DNA of 64,000 nucleotides, taken from NCBI GenBank assembly GCA_045862995.1, contig BTVX01000015.1, positions 17,259 to 81,258 of the forward strand, in the 5' to 3' direction. Shown here one piece after another: positions 1 to 8,229 of this stretch. The notes below the pieces were generated by a model. The model had not been told where the DNA came from and did not search any database. It was given only the letters and a program-made list of their open reading frames with translations. Each line of letters starts with the position of its first letter. Within the stretch, counting starts at the first letter, position 1. Origin of the DNA: Chthonomonas sp. Its GTDB lineage: Bacteria > Armatimonadota > Fimbriimonadia > Fimbriimonadales > Fimbriimonadaceae. The position numbers and the translations under genes are program-made.

Positions 1-1129
1 GCAAGCCTTGCCAGAGGTTCGCGGCGTTCGTCCCTGCGGCGATGTTGGAGAACGAGCCGACTTGCACGCCTCCCGCAACGTCCCACACTTCGCTGGCATC
101 GAGATCGCCCGATAGGTCGACGTAGGAAGCGACCGTCAAGTCCGTCCAAAGCGCGGCGTTGCCGTAGTTGGCGTGGTTCGCCACGCCGCCGATCTGCCCG
201 TCGCCGGCGGCCCAGGCAGCCGAGTACCACGCTCCAGCGGGATGAAGGCTGGCGAACGTCCACTTGGGCGCTTCGAGCGCGAGACTGTGGTACGTCCCGG
301 AAGCGACCGCCTGAAAGCGACCCGTGGGCAGCGAACCGAGGCCGCCCACCAGATTCCCCCACGCGTGGAGCGTGCCGTCGCTGCGGATGGCGAGGCTGTG
401 TTCGTAGCCGGCGGCCACGGCCACGAAAGTACCGGCCTGCGCGGTCGTTTGACCGCTCGCGTTCGACCCAAACCCGACCACGGTGCCATCGGTGCGGATC
501 GCCAGAGTGTGAAGGAACCCCGTCGAAACGGCTTTGTAGGTTCCTGGAGGAATCGTGCGCTGGCCGTACTCGTTGGTGCCCCAGCCCACCAAGACGCCGT
601 CGCTCCGAAGGGCCAAACAGTGCGCCTGTCGGGCCGCGATGGCCGTATAGGTGCCTGCTGGAACGTTGGTCTGGCCATAGGCGTTGTGGCCCCAGCCGAC
701 GAGCGTGCCATCGGTGCGGATCGCCAGGCTGTTGAACGCGCCCGCCGCAACGGCCTTGAACGTGCCCGCTGGAACGTTGCACTGCCCCCAACCGTTGTGG
801 CCCCAGGCCGCGAGGGTCCCGTCGTCCCGGATCGCGAGGCTGTGGTAGCTGCCTCCCGCGACCGCTTTGTACGTTCCCGGCGGAACGATGGTCTGGCCGT
901 CCGAGTTGTAGCCCCAGGCGTGGAGCGTGCCGTCCTTGCGGATCGCGAGGCTGTGGTTGGGTCCGGCGGCGAGCGCGACGAACTGGCCTGTCTGTGCGAC
1001 GCTCTGGTTGTACGCGTTGGAGCCCCACACGTTGACGCCTTGCGAAGCTGCTTGCTGAGCCAGTCCGAGAACCAAAACAGCGGCAGCTGCAAGACAACAG
1101 CGGTTTAAAGCGAAAAAAGTCGGTTTCAT
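1..1129 (-). CDS. Secreted RCC1-repeat (beta-propeller) protein, C-terminus runs off the window start
   Basis: Absent from the ORF track because there is no stop inside the window. Hand translation from the ATG (revcomp of 1127-1129) gives the signal peptide MKPTFFALNRCCLAAAAVLVLGLAQQAASQ. At least 6 tandem ~50-aa repeats follow (HSLAIRxDGTLxxWGxNxxGQ..PxGTYxAVAAG), the RCC1 signature. The frame is open to nt 2. Confidence 0.85.
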   Translation of the reverse strand, partial: MKPTFFALNRCCLAAAAVLVLGLAQQAASQGVNVWGSNAYNQSVAQTGQFVALAAGPNHSLAIRKDGTLHAWGYNSDGQTIVPPGTYKAVAGGSYHSLAIRDDGTLAAWGHNGWGQCNVPAGTFKAVAAGAFNSLAIRTDGTLVGWGHNAYGQTNVPAGTYTAIAARQAHCLALRSDGVLVGWGTNEYGQRTIPPGTYKAVSTGFLHTLAIRTDGTVVGFGSNASGQTTAQAGTFVAVAAGYEHSLAIRSDGTLHAWGNLVGGLGSLPTGRFQAVASGTYHSLALEAPKWTFASLHPAGAWYSAAWAAGDGQIGGVANHANYGNAALWTDLTVASYVDLSGDLDASEVWDVAGGVQVGSFSNIAAGTNAANLWQGL

Positions 1130-1303
1130 GACAGCGTTCCGACAGAAAAGGGCGATCTACCTACTTATAACACGCCGAGCATTCCTGTGCTCACCAATTT
1201 CTGTCCTTCGTTGAAGGGACCCTTGCACAGCTTCCCCAGTCTTGGCGATAGGGGATCGCCCCTCGGTTGCATGGAGGCTACGGCGCCCATCCAAAGGACG
1301 ACC

Positions 1304-1684
1304 TCAACGTTGTCCAGCGGCCCAACCGGGGTCGAGGAAGCGCTGAACTTCGATCCGGTAGCCGTTCGGATCGCGGGCGTAGAAATGGTAGATCCCGAAG
1401 GCCGCATGGGTGCGAGGAGGGCCGTCGGTTGGCAGTCCGCTCGACTCGAAACGCCTGTGCCGCGCGTCCACATCGTCGCTGCAAACCGTCAAGACGACCT
1501 GTTCGGGAGCCGTGGGCGCTGCCCGCTCGCAGAACCCCCAATAGCTCGTGCCGACCACGCGGTAAATGCGGCACGAACCCTGATCGAGCACCAAATCCAA
1601 GCCCAAGACGCCCGAATAGAACCGATGCGTCGCTTCAAGGTCGGCGGTCGGGAGAAACGTGATGCCTTCCGTGATCGGTGCCAT
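1304..1684 (-). CDS. VOC/glyoxalase family protein
   Basis: ORF 1304..1768, trimmed to the internal ATG (MAPITEGITFLPTADLEATHRFYSGVLGL...) 17 nt after the DUF1501 stop. Sequence pattern fits a VOC fold and ends ...FYARDPNGYRIEV. Confidence 0.75.
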   Translation of the reverse strand: MAPITEGITFLPTADLEATHRFYSGVLGLDLVLDQGSCRIYRVVGTSYWGFCERAAPTAPEQVVLTVCSDDVDARHRRFESSGLPTDGPPRTHAAFGIYHFYARDPNGYRIEVQRFLDPGWAAGQR

Positions 1685-1701
1685 CGGAGCCGACAACGGG
1701 T

Positions 1702-2931
1702 CTACCGCAGCACCGGAACGTGGTCGAACTTGCCGCCAAGCACCACGCCCGAATCGCCCGCGAGCCACTCGTCGAGCGCGGTGGCATACACCTGACGGAA
1801 GTCCACCTCGTGCCGCAGGTCGCCCCGATTGAGGTCGCCCAGATTCGGCAGGTTGCCGTGGATGCCGCCCTTCACGCCTCGCCCCACCAGGAACATGGGC
1901 GCGGCGGCGCCGTGGTCGGTGCCCATGCTGTTGTTCTCGTGAACGCGACGGCCGAACTCCGAGAACACGAGCACCAGCACCTGGTCGGCCTTGCCGAGCG
2001 CCTCCATCTCGCGCTGAAAGGCCAGCAGCCCATCGCCCAACCCCTTGAGCAGGTTGGCGTGCGCATCGGGTTGGCGCGCGTGGGTGTCGAAGCCGCCCGC
2101 GCTGAAGTAGACCAGTTTGGTCGCTGGCGAAGCGCCGATCAGGTGCGCAATCTGCTGGAAGCCCCGTCCGAACGCATCGGTGCCGTACGTCTCTTTAGGG
2201 GCGTACGTGCCGAGCCGCTTCTCCAGTTCGCTCATCGCGTCGAGCGCCGTTTTGCTGGCATCTTGCACGGCTCGGATGGCCGAACCCGATGCCGCGGCAT
2301 CGCCTTGAATCTGCCGCAACCGGCGCTCGGCGTCCGGGTCGCCGACCAACTGCTGGATGTCGGCCAAGCTGGCAAAGCACGGAACGCTGGCGTTCTTGGC
2401 GTTCAGCGCCAAAGGTTTCTCAGTAGACAAGCCCAGAGCCACCACGGGGTTGAGCGGCTTGGACTGCAGTTGCAGGTCGAAGTGGCGGCCTAGCCACCCC
2501 GTCGTGAACGTGCCGTCGGGACTGGCCGTGTGCCAGATGTCCATGCTCTTGAAGTGCGAGCGATTGGGATCGGGATAGCCCACGTTCTGGACGATCGCGA
2601 CCTTCCCCTCGTCGTAGAGCGACTTCATGCCGGTCAGCGAGGGATGCAGGCCCAAGCGGGCGTCAAGCGGCAGAACCTGGCTTTCGGCGATGGCGAGTTG
2701 AGGCCGCGCCGCATAGTAGCGGGTGTCCGAAAACGGCACAACCGTGTTCAGGCCATCGTTTCCGCCGCTGAGTTGGCAGATGACCAAGATGCGGTCGGAC
2801 AGGGGCTTCAATCCCCGAACCTCGCGCACCAAGTCCGCCTGCGCCAAACGCGCGATCCATGCGGGCGTGGTCAATCCGACGGCGATCATGCCGCCTCGTT
2901 TCATCAAATCGCGTCTGCTGATGTCGCTCAT
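1702..2931 (-). CDS. DUF1501 domain protein (sulfatase-like, Tat signal)
   Basis: 409-aa ORF with twin-arginine leader MSDISRRDLMKRGG. The C-terminal block VFSEFGRRVHENNSMGTDHGAAAPMFLVG is typical of DUF1501. Confidence 0.85.
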   Translation of the reverse strand: MSDISRRDLMKRGGMIAVGLTTPAWIARLAQADLVREVRGLKPLSDRILVICQLSGGNDGLNTVVPFSDTRYYAARPQLAIAESQVLPLDARLGLHPSLTGMKSLYDEGKVAIVQNVGYPDPNRSHFKSMDIWHTASPDGTFTTGWLGRHFDLQLQSKPLNPVVALGLSTEKPLALNAKNASVPCFASLADIQQLVGDPDAERRLRQIQGDAAASGSAIRAVQDASKTALDAMSELEKRLGTYAPKETYGTDAFGRGFQQIAHLIGASPATKLVYFSAGGFDTHARQPDAHANLLKGLGDGLLAFQREMEALGKADQVLVLVFSEFGRRVHENNSMGTDHGAAAPMFLVGRGVKGGIHGNLPNLGDLNRGDLRHEVDFRQVYATALDEWLAGDSGVVLGGKFDHVPVLR

Positions 2932-3051
2932 CGCTGCACCGGGGTAACCATTGTACGGCGAAATCGCCGCCGATGGGTGACCAGACGCTTCGAGTGCGCC
3001 CGGTGTTCAATCACGACCCGCGAACCAACGGCGAACCGGTACCATCGGGGC

Positions 3052-3279
3052 GTGGAACACCTCGGCAAAACGCTGGTCGGCGCAGGGCTGGTGTTGGTGC
3101 TCGCTGGCGGAATCCTCTGGGCGTTGCGCGACGTCAAGGGGCTGCCGCTCGGTCGGCTTCCCGGAGACTTCTCGGTCGAACGCGAGGGGTTCTCGTTCCA
3201 TGCGCCCATCGCCACGATGCTGCTGATCAGCGTCGCGCTGACCCTCGTCTTGAACCTCGCCTCGAGGTTCTTCCGATGA
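3052..3279 (+). CDS. DUF2905 family small membrane protein
   Basis: GTG start inside ORF 2530..3279. The 75-aa product VEHLGKTLVGAGLVLVLAGGILWAL..LPGDF..EREGFSFHAPIATMLLISVALTLVLN matches the DUF2905 pattern. Its stop overlaps the next ATG (ATGA). Confidence 0.7.
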   Translation: MEHLGKTLVGAGLVLVLAGGILWALRDVKGLPLGRLPGDFSVEREGFSFHAPIATMLLISVALTLVLNLASRFFR

Positions 3280-3965
3280 GCCTCCGCGTCATTACGTTCG
3301 ATTGCGCCAACACGCTGGTCGAAACGTCGTGGGATTACGCCGAGCACGCGATGGCCTGTCTCGACCGCTTGGGCGTCGCCACGGACCCCGAGTGGCCGAT
3401 CGTGTATCGGCGGCTGCTCATGCGATCCTGGCCCGAGTATCGCGAGATGAACCAAGCCCGTCCGCACGAAGCCGACGCGTGGTGGCTCGCGTTCACCCAG
3501 GTGTTTCTCGAGCATGCCGGCCTTTCGCGCGACCTCGCCCCCTCCCTGATGGAGGCGTCCGAAGACCTCCTGTACCGCAAAGACAAGGTGGACTTTCGGG
3601 TATTTGACGACATCGTGGAGACCCTGGCGGCCCTGCGCGAGCGCGGCTTCCGCCTGGGCGTGATCAGCAACTGGGACTACTCGCTTGGCAAGGTCCTGGA
3701 GTCGCGCGGCCTGTCGGAGCACTTCGACGTGGTCACGGCATCGCTGGTTTTGGGCGTCGAGAAGCCCGACCCGCTCATCTTCTCGCACACGTTGGAACTC
3801 CTGGGCGCGACCCCGGCCGAGGCGCTGCACATCGGAGACAACCCGCTGGACGACTTCCACGGGGCGCGGTCCGCAGGACTCCGGGCGCTGCTGGTGGACC
3901 GCTCGCAGCCGCGTTCGACCGATGTGATGCTGCACGATATGCGCGAGTTGCTCAACCGCGTGTAA
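3276..3965 (+). CDS. HAD-superfamily hydrolase (subfamily IA)
   Basis: Internal ATG of ORF 2973..3965. Motif I is ITFDCANTLV, with downstream ..GVISNWD.. and ..HIGDNPLDDFHGARSAGLRALLV (HAD motifs III/IV). Confidence 0.85.
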   Translation: MSLRVITFDCANTLVETSWDYAEHAMACLDRLGVATDPEWPIVYRRLLMRSWPEYREMNQARPHEADAWWLAFTQVFLEHAGLSRDLAPSLMEASEDLLYRKDKVDFRVFDDIVETLAALRERGFRLGVISNWDYSLGKVLESRGLSEHFDVVTASLVLGVEKPDPLIFSHTLELLGATPAEALHIGDNPLDDFHGARSAGLRALLVDRSQPRSTDVMLHDMRELLNRV

Positions 3966-5031
3966 GCCTGGCCAGCGTGGCGCGCATGATCGGTGCCGTT
4001 TGCGCCGAAACCGTGTAGACCAACGCCTCGCGGTACACGCGCTGGGCGGGATGATCGGTCGCGTTCGCCGAGCCTCCCGTGGCCGTGATCGCGGCGTGCG
4101 CGCACCGGACGGCCAATTCGATCGCCCAAGCGCGAAGCGCCAATCGCTCCTCGCTGGTGTCCTCTCCCACCGACTGCGCCTCGGCGAGTTTCTGGCGGCA
4201 CGTGGCGACTTCCCGGCCAAGCAACTCGAGCGCCTCGCCGATCGCCGGGTCGCCCTTCTTCTCGAACGCGGCGCGCAGTCCATCGAGACCCGCACGCGCG
4301 CAACCGACAGCGAAGAACCCTTGCAACGCGATGTTGATGAGGTCGTTCTTGTGGATCCAACCCGGCGGCCGCGTGAATGCCGTGTCGCTCGCAGGGAGCA
4401 GCCAGTCGTCCAGTTCGACCTGCACGGTCATCGCGGCCTCCATCGCCGCCAACAGCATCGGTTCCGAGACTCGGATGCGGCCACCATCGGCCTCGCGATT
4501 CTCCAAGGGCACCAGGCCGAAGATGGCCGATCCGTCCGGCAGGCTCGCGCCCGCAAGGAACTCGGGATAGAACGTCCAACCCGTCACCCAAGGCACATGC
4601 CCCGTCAAGCGGCAACCCTCGGCGCAGGGCTCGGCACGCAGCATGGGCGGGCCGGGTCGGCGCAACTGGCTGAACCCGATGCCGACCAGCCGCGTCCCGT
4701 CGGCCATGAACGGCAACGTGCGCTCTTTGAGGTCCTGGTTCTCCGACCGGGCCAGCATGGAGACGGCGCTCTGGTGCTGGGTTTGCAGGAACGCCAACGC
4801 TCCCGAAGCCCGCGCCACCTCTTCCTGGAAGTCGCGAAACAGGGGCTCGGGCATCTCAGGCCCACCGTACGCGATCGGCCGGCGAAGTGCCATCAGACCC
4901 CGCTGGCATAGGCCTTCCAAACCCAAGCGCAAGGCACCAGGGTCGCGGTCCATCGCCGCCGCACTTGGAACGACCACGTCGCGCAGAAACGCCTCGGCTT
5001 CCTGCATCAGGCGGATCGGGTCGTGGTCCAT
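3952..5031 (-). CDS. Acyl-CoA dehydrogenase family protein
   Basis: ORF 3952..5082, start placed at MDHDPIRLMQEAEAFLRDVV. The three-domain length and the C-terminal ..HPAQRVYREALVYTVSAQT resemble ACAD-fold proteins. The start is uncertain (alternative at 5082). Confidence 0.65.
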   Translation of the reverse strand: MDHDPIRLMQEAEAFLRDVVVPSAAAMDRDPGALRLGLEGLCQRGLMALRRPIAYGGPEMPEPLFRDFQEEVARASGALAFLQTQHQSAVSMLARSENQDLKERTLPFMADGTRLVGIGFSQLRRPGPPMLRAEPCAEGCRLTGHVPWVTGWTFYPEFLAGASLPDGSAIFGLVPLENREADGGRIRVSEPMLLAAMEAAMTVQVELDDWLLPASDTAFTRPPGWIHKNDLINIALQGFFAVGCARAGLDGLRAAFEKKGDPAIGEALELLGREVATCRQKLAEAQSVGEDTSEERLALRAWAIELAVRCAHAAITATGGSANATDHPAQRVYREALVYTVSAQTAPIMRATLARLTRG

Positions 5032-5068
5032 GGGGCAAAGGTACCCGCGCTTGGGTAACTTGCAGGAC

Positions 5069-5812
5069 GTGTTGGACTTCACCGATCAAGTCGTCGTGGT
5101 CACGGGTGCGAGCCGAGGCATCGGCAAGGGCATCGCCCAAGCGTTCGCCGAACGTGGCGCGATCGTGGCGTGCGTCGCCACCACCGAAGCCGGTGCCGGG
5201 CAGACGGCGCTCCTGCTCGATCAGGCGGGCTACCGAGCGGTCCCGTTCGCGTGCGACGTGAGCAACGCCGAGCAGGTCGAGGGGCTCTTCGCCAACATCT
5301 GCGACCAGTGCGGACCGCCCTCGGTCCTCATCAACAACGCCGGCATCGCACGCGACAACCTGATGATGCGCCTGAAAGACGAGGATTGGGACGCCGTCCT
5401 CAACGTGAACCTGAAGGGCTCCTACCTGTGCGCCAAAGCCGTGACGCGGACCATGATGAAGGCTCGCTATGGCCGCATCGTGAACATGAGTTCGGTGATC
5501 GGTCTTCACGGGGCGGCGGGGCAAGCCAACTACGCGGCCAGCAAAGCGGGCGTGGTCGGCTTGACCAAGGCGATCGCGAAGGAACTGGGTTCGCGCGGGA
5601 TCACGTGCAACGCCATCGCGCCCGGGTTCATCGAGACCGACATGACCTCCGACCTTCCCGCCGAGTTCAAAGCGCATGTCGAAAAGACCGCTCCGGCAGG
5701 CCGATTGGGCACGTCGCAAGACATCGCGCCCGCCGTCCTGTTCCTTGCGTCGCGCGAGGCGTCGTACATCACGGGGCAGACGCTCACCGTGGACGGCGGG
5801 CTCTTCCTCTGA
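5069..5812 (+). CDS. fabG: 3-oxoacyl-[ACP] reductase (SDR)
   Basis: VVVVTGASRGIGKGIA Rossmann motif, NNAG, catalytic S..YAASKAG, and C-terminal ITGQTLTVDGGL. The start is uncertain: GTG 5069 fits FabG N-terminal length, and the in-frame ATG 5030 is the alternative. The upstream part of ORF 4643.. is antisense to the ACAD gene. Confidence 0.9.
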   Translation: MLDFTDQVVVVTGASRGIGKGIAQAFAERGAIVACVATTEAGAGQTALLLDQAGYRAVPFACDVSNAEQVEGLFANICDQCGPPSVLINNAGIARDNLMMRLKDEDWDAVLNVNLKGSYLCAKAVTRTMMKARYGRIVNMSSVIGLHGAAGQANYAASKAGVVGLTKAIAKELGSRGITCNAIAPGFIETDMTSDLPAEFKAHVEKTAPAGRLGTSQDIAPAVLFLASREASYITGQTLTVDGGLFL

Positions 5813-5831
5813 ATCGGTTCGGGTGTGTTGC

Positions 5832-5837
5832 TAAAAT
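5832..5837 (+). promoter_or_regulatory. Extended -10 box (TGcTAAAAT) placed 6 nt before the GTG start: candidate leaderless promoter
   Basis: Sequence ttgcTAAAATggaatcGTG, with the GTG at 5844 being the first codon of the DinB-family ORF. There is no SD in between. Confidence 0.35.
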
Positions 5838-5843
5838 GGAATC

Positions 5844-6320
5844 GTGCGCAACCACTACCTCCTCCGCGCCCTGAGCCACACGCCCGAGATCGCGCGCCGC
5901 ATCCTGGAACACGTGGACCTTCGCCGCTACGACGAGGCGCTGGACCCCGACCGCTTCACGCTGCGGCAGGCGATGGCGCATCTGGCGGATTGGGAGCCCA
6001 TCATGCTCGACCGGTTGCACGCCTGCGCCGAGCGGCGTCCGACCATCGAAGCCTTCGACGAATCCGCCCGATGCGTCGAGCTGGGATACGACGACACCGA
6101 CCCCAAGGAGCAGGTGCAGGTCTGGGCGCAGCGCCGCAAGGCCACCCTCGCCTACCTTGAGAGCCTGACCGAAGACGACTGGGCCGGAGAGACCACCCAC
6201 CCCGAGCGAGGCGCGATGTCGGCCTACGATTGGGCGGGCACGCTGCTGGCGCACGACGTCTACCACGTCGAACAGTTCGCCCGCTACTTACCCGACGACC
6301 AGCCGGTCGGGACGTGGTAG
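5844..6320 (+). CDS. DinB-family (DinB_2) metal-dependent protein
   Basis: 158-aa ORF with the helix-bundle pattern ..MAHLADWEP.. and ..LLAHDVYHVEQ, typical of DinB_2. Confidence 0.75.
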   Translation: MRNHYLLRALSHTPEIARRILEHVDLRRYDEALDPDRFTLRQAMAHLADWEPIMLDRLHACAERRPTIEAFDESARCVELGYDDTDPKEQVQVWAQRRKATLAYLESLTEDDWAGETTHPERGAMSAYDWAGTLLAHDVYHVEQFARYLPDDQPVGTW

Positions 6321-6375
6321 CCACGGCTGGTATGCTCGAATCGTGGATCAGGGTAGCCGCGACGACCGCAAGGTG

Positions 6376-6543
6376 ATGCGCATCATGACACCCGAAGAGG
6401 CCGATCGGGCCGATCGGGAAGATTACGCCGCCCTCACCCCTGCCGAACGTCTGGCGATCCAAGCCGAACTCATCTGGCGAGCCCATGGAACTCCACCCCG
6501 ATTGGAAAGAATTCTTACGGTTGCTCAACTCCCACGGCGTTGA
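6376..6543 (+). CDS. Small hypothetical protein overlapping and preceding a nucleotidyltransferase gene
   Basis: ORF 6343..6543, with the start probably at MRIMTPEEADRADREDYAALTPAERLAIQAELIWRAHG..PRLERILTV. The last 59 nt overlap the next gene in another frame. Confidence 0.45.
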   Translation: MRIMTPEEADRADREDYAALTPAERLAIQAELIWRAHGTPPRLERILTVAQLPRR

Positions 6544-6940
6544 GTACCTGATCGTGGGCGCCCATGCACTCGCGTTCCACGGGCACCCAAGATACACCGC
6601 CGACATAGACTTCTTCATCCGAACGACGCAAGCCAACGCCGAGCGGCTGTACGACGTTCTTTGCGAATTCGGCTTCGGAGGCTCCTTGGATGGCCCCGAA
6701 GACCTGCTAAAACAGCCGGCTGTTTTCATGCTCGGGCGGCAGCCGTTCCGCATCGATTTGCTCAATCACATCGACGGGGTCGAGTTCGCCGGCGCATGGG
6801 AGCGAAGGGTCGTCAGCGAACTCGACGGCATATCGGTGCCCTTCATCAGCCTTGACGACTATGTCGCGAACAAGCGTGCGGCAGGCCGAAAGAAAGACGC
6901 GTACGACCTCGAAGCGCTGGGCGTCGAACCCGAACCCTGA
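6485..6940 (+). CDS. Minimal nucleotidyltransferase-fold protein (Pol-beta superfamily)
   Basis: The 151-aa sequence YLIVGAHALAFHGHPRYTADIDFFI matches the hG[GS]..D.D NTase motif. The C-terminal ..ANKRAAGRKKDAYDLEAL is typical of this stand-alone family. Confidence 0.7.
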   Translation: MELHPDWKEFLRLLNSHGVEYLIVGAHALAFHGHPRYTADIDFFIRTTQANAERLYDVLCEFGFGGSLDGPEDLLKQPAVFMLGRQPFRIDLLNHIDGVEFAGAWERRVVSELDGISVPFISLDDYVANKRAAGRKKDAYDLEALGVEPEP

Positions 6941-6985
6941 ACCTCCCGACGCCCGGACCCTACCGAACGAACCCCTTGTTCGCGG

Positions 6986-8227
6986 CTATCCGATCAAACC
7001 CAAGGGCTTGGCCTTGAACCCGGGGAACACCTTCGAAACGTCTTTGACGCCCAGATGGGCCGAGGCGACTTCGGAGAGTACGGCACGATAGTCCGTGGTG
7101 ATCGCCAAGTCGGCGCGCTGATCCAACTGCTCGGTGGCCAGGCCGGGCCACTCGCCCAAGATGCGCCCGCCTGCGACACCGCCACCCATGACCATCATGG
7201 CGTTGCCGTGCCCGTGGTCGGTCCCCTGGCTCTGGTTGGCGCGCACACGCCGGCCGAACTCGCTCATCACCACCACACACAGCCGATCTTCGTAGGCATG
7301 TAGATCGTTGGCGAACGCGGCCAACGAGCGCGACAGGTGCTCGACGCGCGGGGCGAACGTGTAGGTCTGTCCCTCGTGCGTATCCCAGCCGCCGTAGTCC
7401 ACCGCAGCCAGGCGCAAGCCCAAATCGGCGCGGATCAGCCGGGCCACGGTGCGCAAGCTCTGGCCCAACTCGCCATCGGGATAGATCGCCCCACGCTCCG
7501 GCACATAGGGCTTCCACGCACCTTCGGGGGTCTTGAGTTCTCGGTGGATCGCTTCGATGGCGTCCAACGTGCGCGTGCCGGCCCGATGGACTTCGCTCGA
7601 GCCCTTGTAGACCGACCGAAGGTAGTTGGCCACTTGCGGGCCAACGGGCACCGAGAACGCCTCGGGGTTCGCCATCGCCATCGCGTTCGCCGCGCCGAGC
7701 ATCGAATCGGGCGCACGGTCGGAAGCGCTGACCAGGCCCATCGAACCGATCCCCGGGACGGTCTCGGCGAGCCGCGTCATCCAGCCGCTGGCGGCCGTGC
7801 GCCCCGTCCCGCCCACCACGCCGCGCTCCACATAGTCCATCGCCTCGAAGTGGCTGCGCGTGCCGTGCACCAATCCCGCCGCATGGACGAACGCAAGACG
7901 CTTGGCGTCGTAGAGTTCCTTGATCGGGGCGGCGGCCTTGTGCAACCGGAAGTCGCGTCCTGCGTAGCCGTTGCCGATCGGCAGACCCGCGAACTCGCCC
8001 GACTCGCCGACGCGAAGGGCAGCGGGCCGCGCGGCCACATAGTCGGCGTCGTCCACCGGGCCGAGCAGGTGCAGCCCGTCCATCCCGCCGCGAAGGAAGA
8101 CCACCACAAGGATGGGCTCAGCAGTGGAATCGGTGTTCCACGAAAGGTGGAGCAGTCGGCTGCCCGAAAGCGCGGCGATGGCTGCGCTGCAGCCGGAGAT
8201 GAACTCGCGTCGAGTGAGGTCGAGCAT
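6986..8227 (-). CDS. DUF1501 domain protein (Tat signal)
   Basis: Internal ATG of ORF 6986..9037, MLDLTRREFISGCSAAIAAL. Core contains ..VVMSEFGRRVRANQSQGTDHGHGNAMMVMGG. The start lies 2 nt after the DUF1800 stop. Confidence 0.88.
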   Translation of the reverse strand: MLDLTRREFISGCSAAIAALSGSRLLHLSWNTDSTAEPILVVVFLRGGMDGLHLLGPVDDADYVAARPAALRVGESGEFAGLPIGNGYAGRDFRLHKAAAPIKELYDAKRLAFVHAAGLVHGTRSHFEAMDYVERGVVGGTGRTAASGWMTRLAETVPGIGSMGLVSASDRAPDSMLGAANAMAMANPEAFSVPVGPQVANYLRSVYKGSSEVHRAGTRTLDAIEAIHRELKTPEGAWKPYVPERGAIYPDGELGQSLRTVARLIRADLGLRLAAVDYGGWDTHEGQTYTFAPRVEHLSRSLAAFANDLHAYEDRLCVVVMSEFGRRVRANQSQGTDHGHGNAMMVMGGGVAGGRILGEWPGLATEQLDQRADLAITTDYRAVLSEVASAHLGVKDVSKVFPGFKAKPLGLIG

Positions 8228-8229
8228 GG

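Noticed and set aside
4643-5029. N-terminal extension of the fabG ORF (389-aa version)
   Set aside because: The extension is antisense to the acyl-CoA dehydrogenase-like gene. It precedes the Rossmann fold by about 140 residues, which is not seen in FabG.
6343-6940. Treating 6343..6543 and 6485..6940 as one frameshifted gene (pseudogene)
   Set aside because: The small ORF continues to its own stop with a plausible C-terminus (PRLERILTV...), and the NTase ORF starts with ATG at a sensible N-terminus. I cannot prove it either way, so they are kept as two genes and flagged in the findings.
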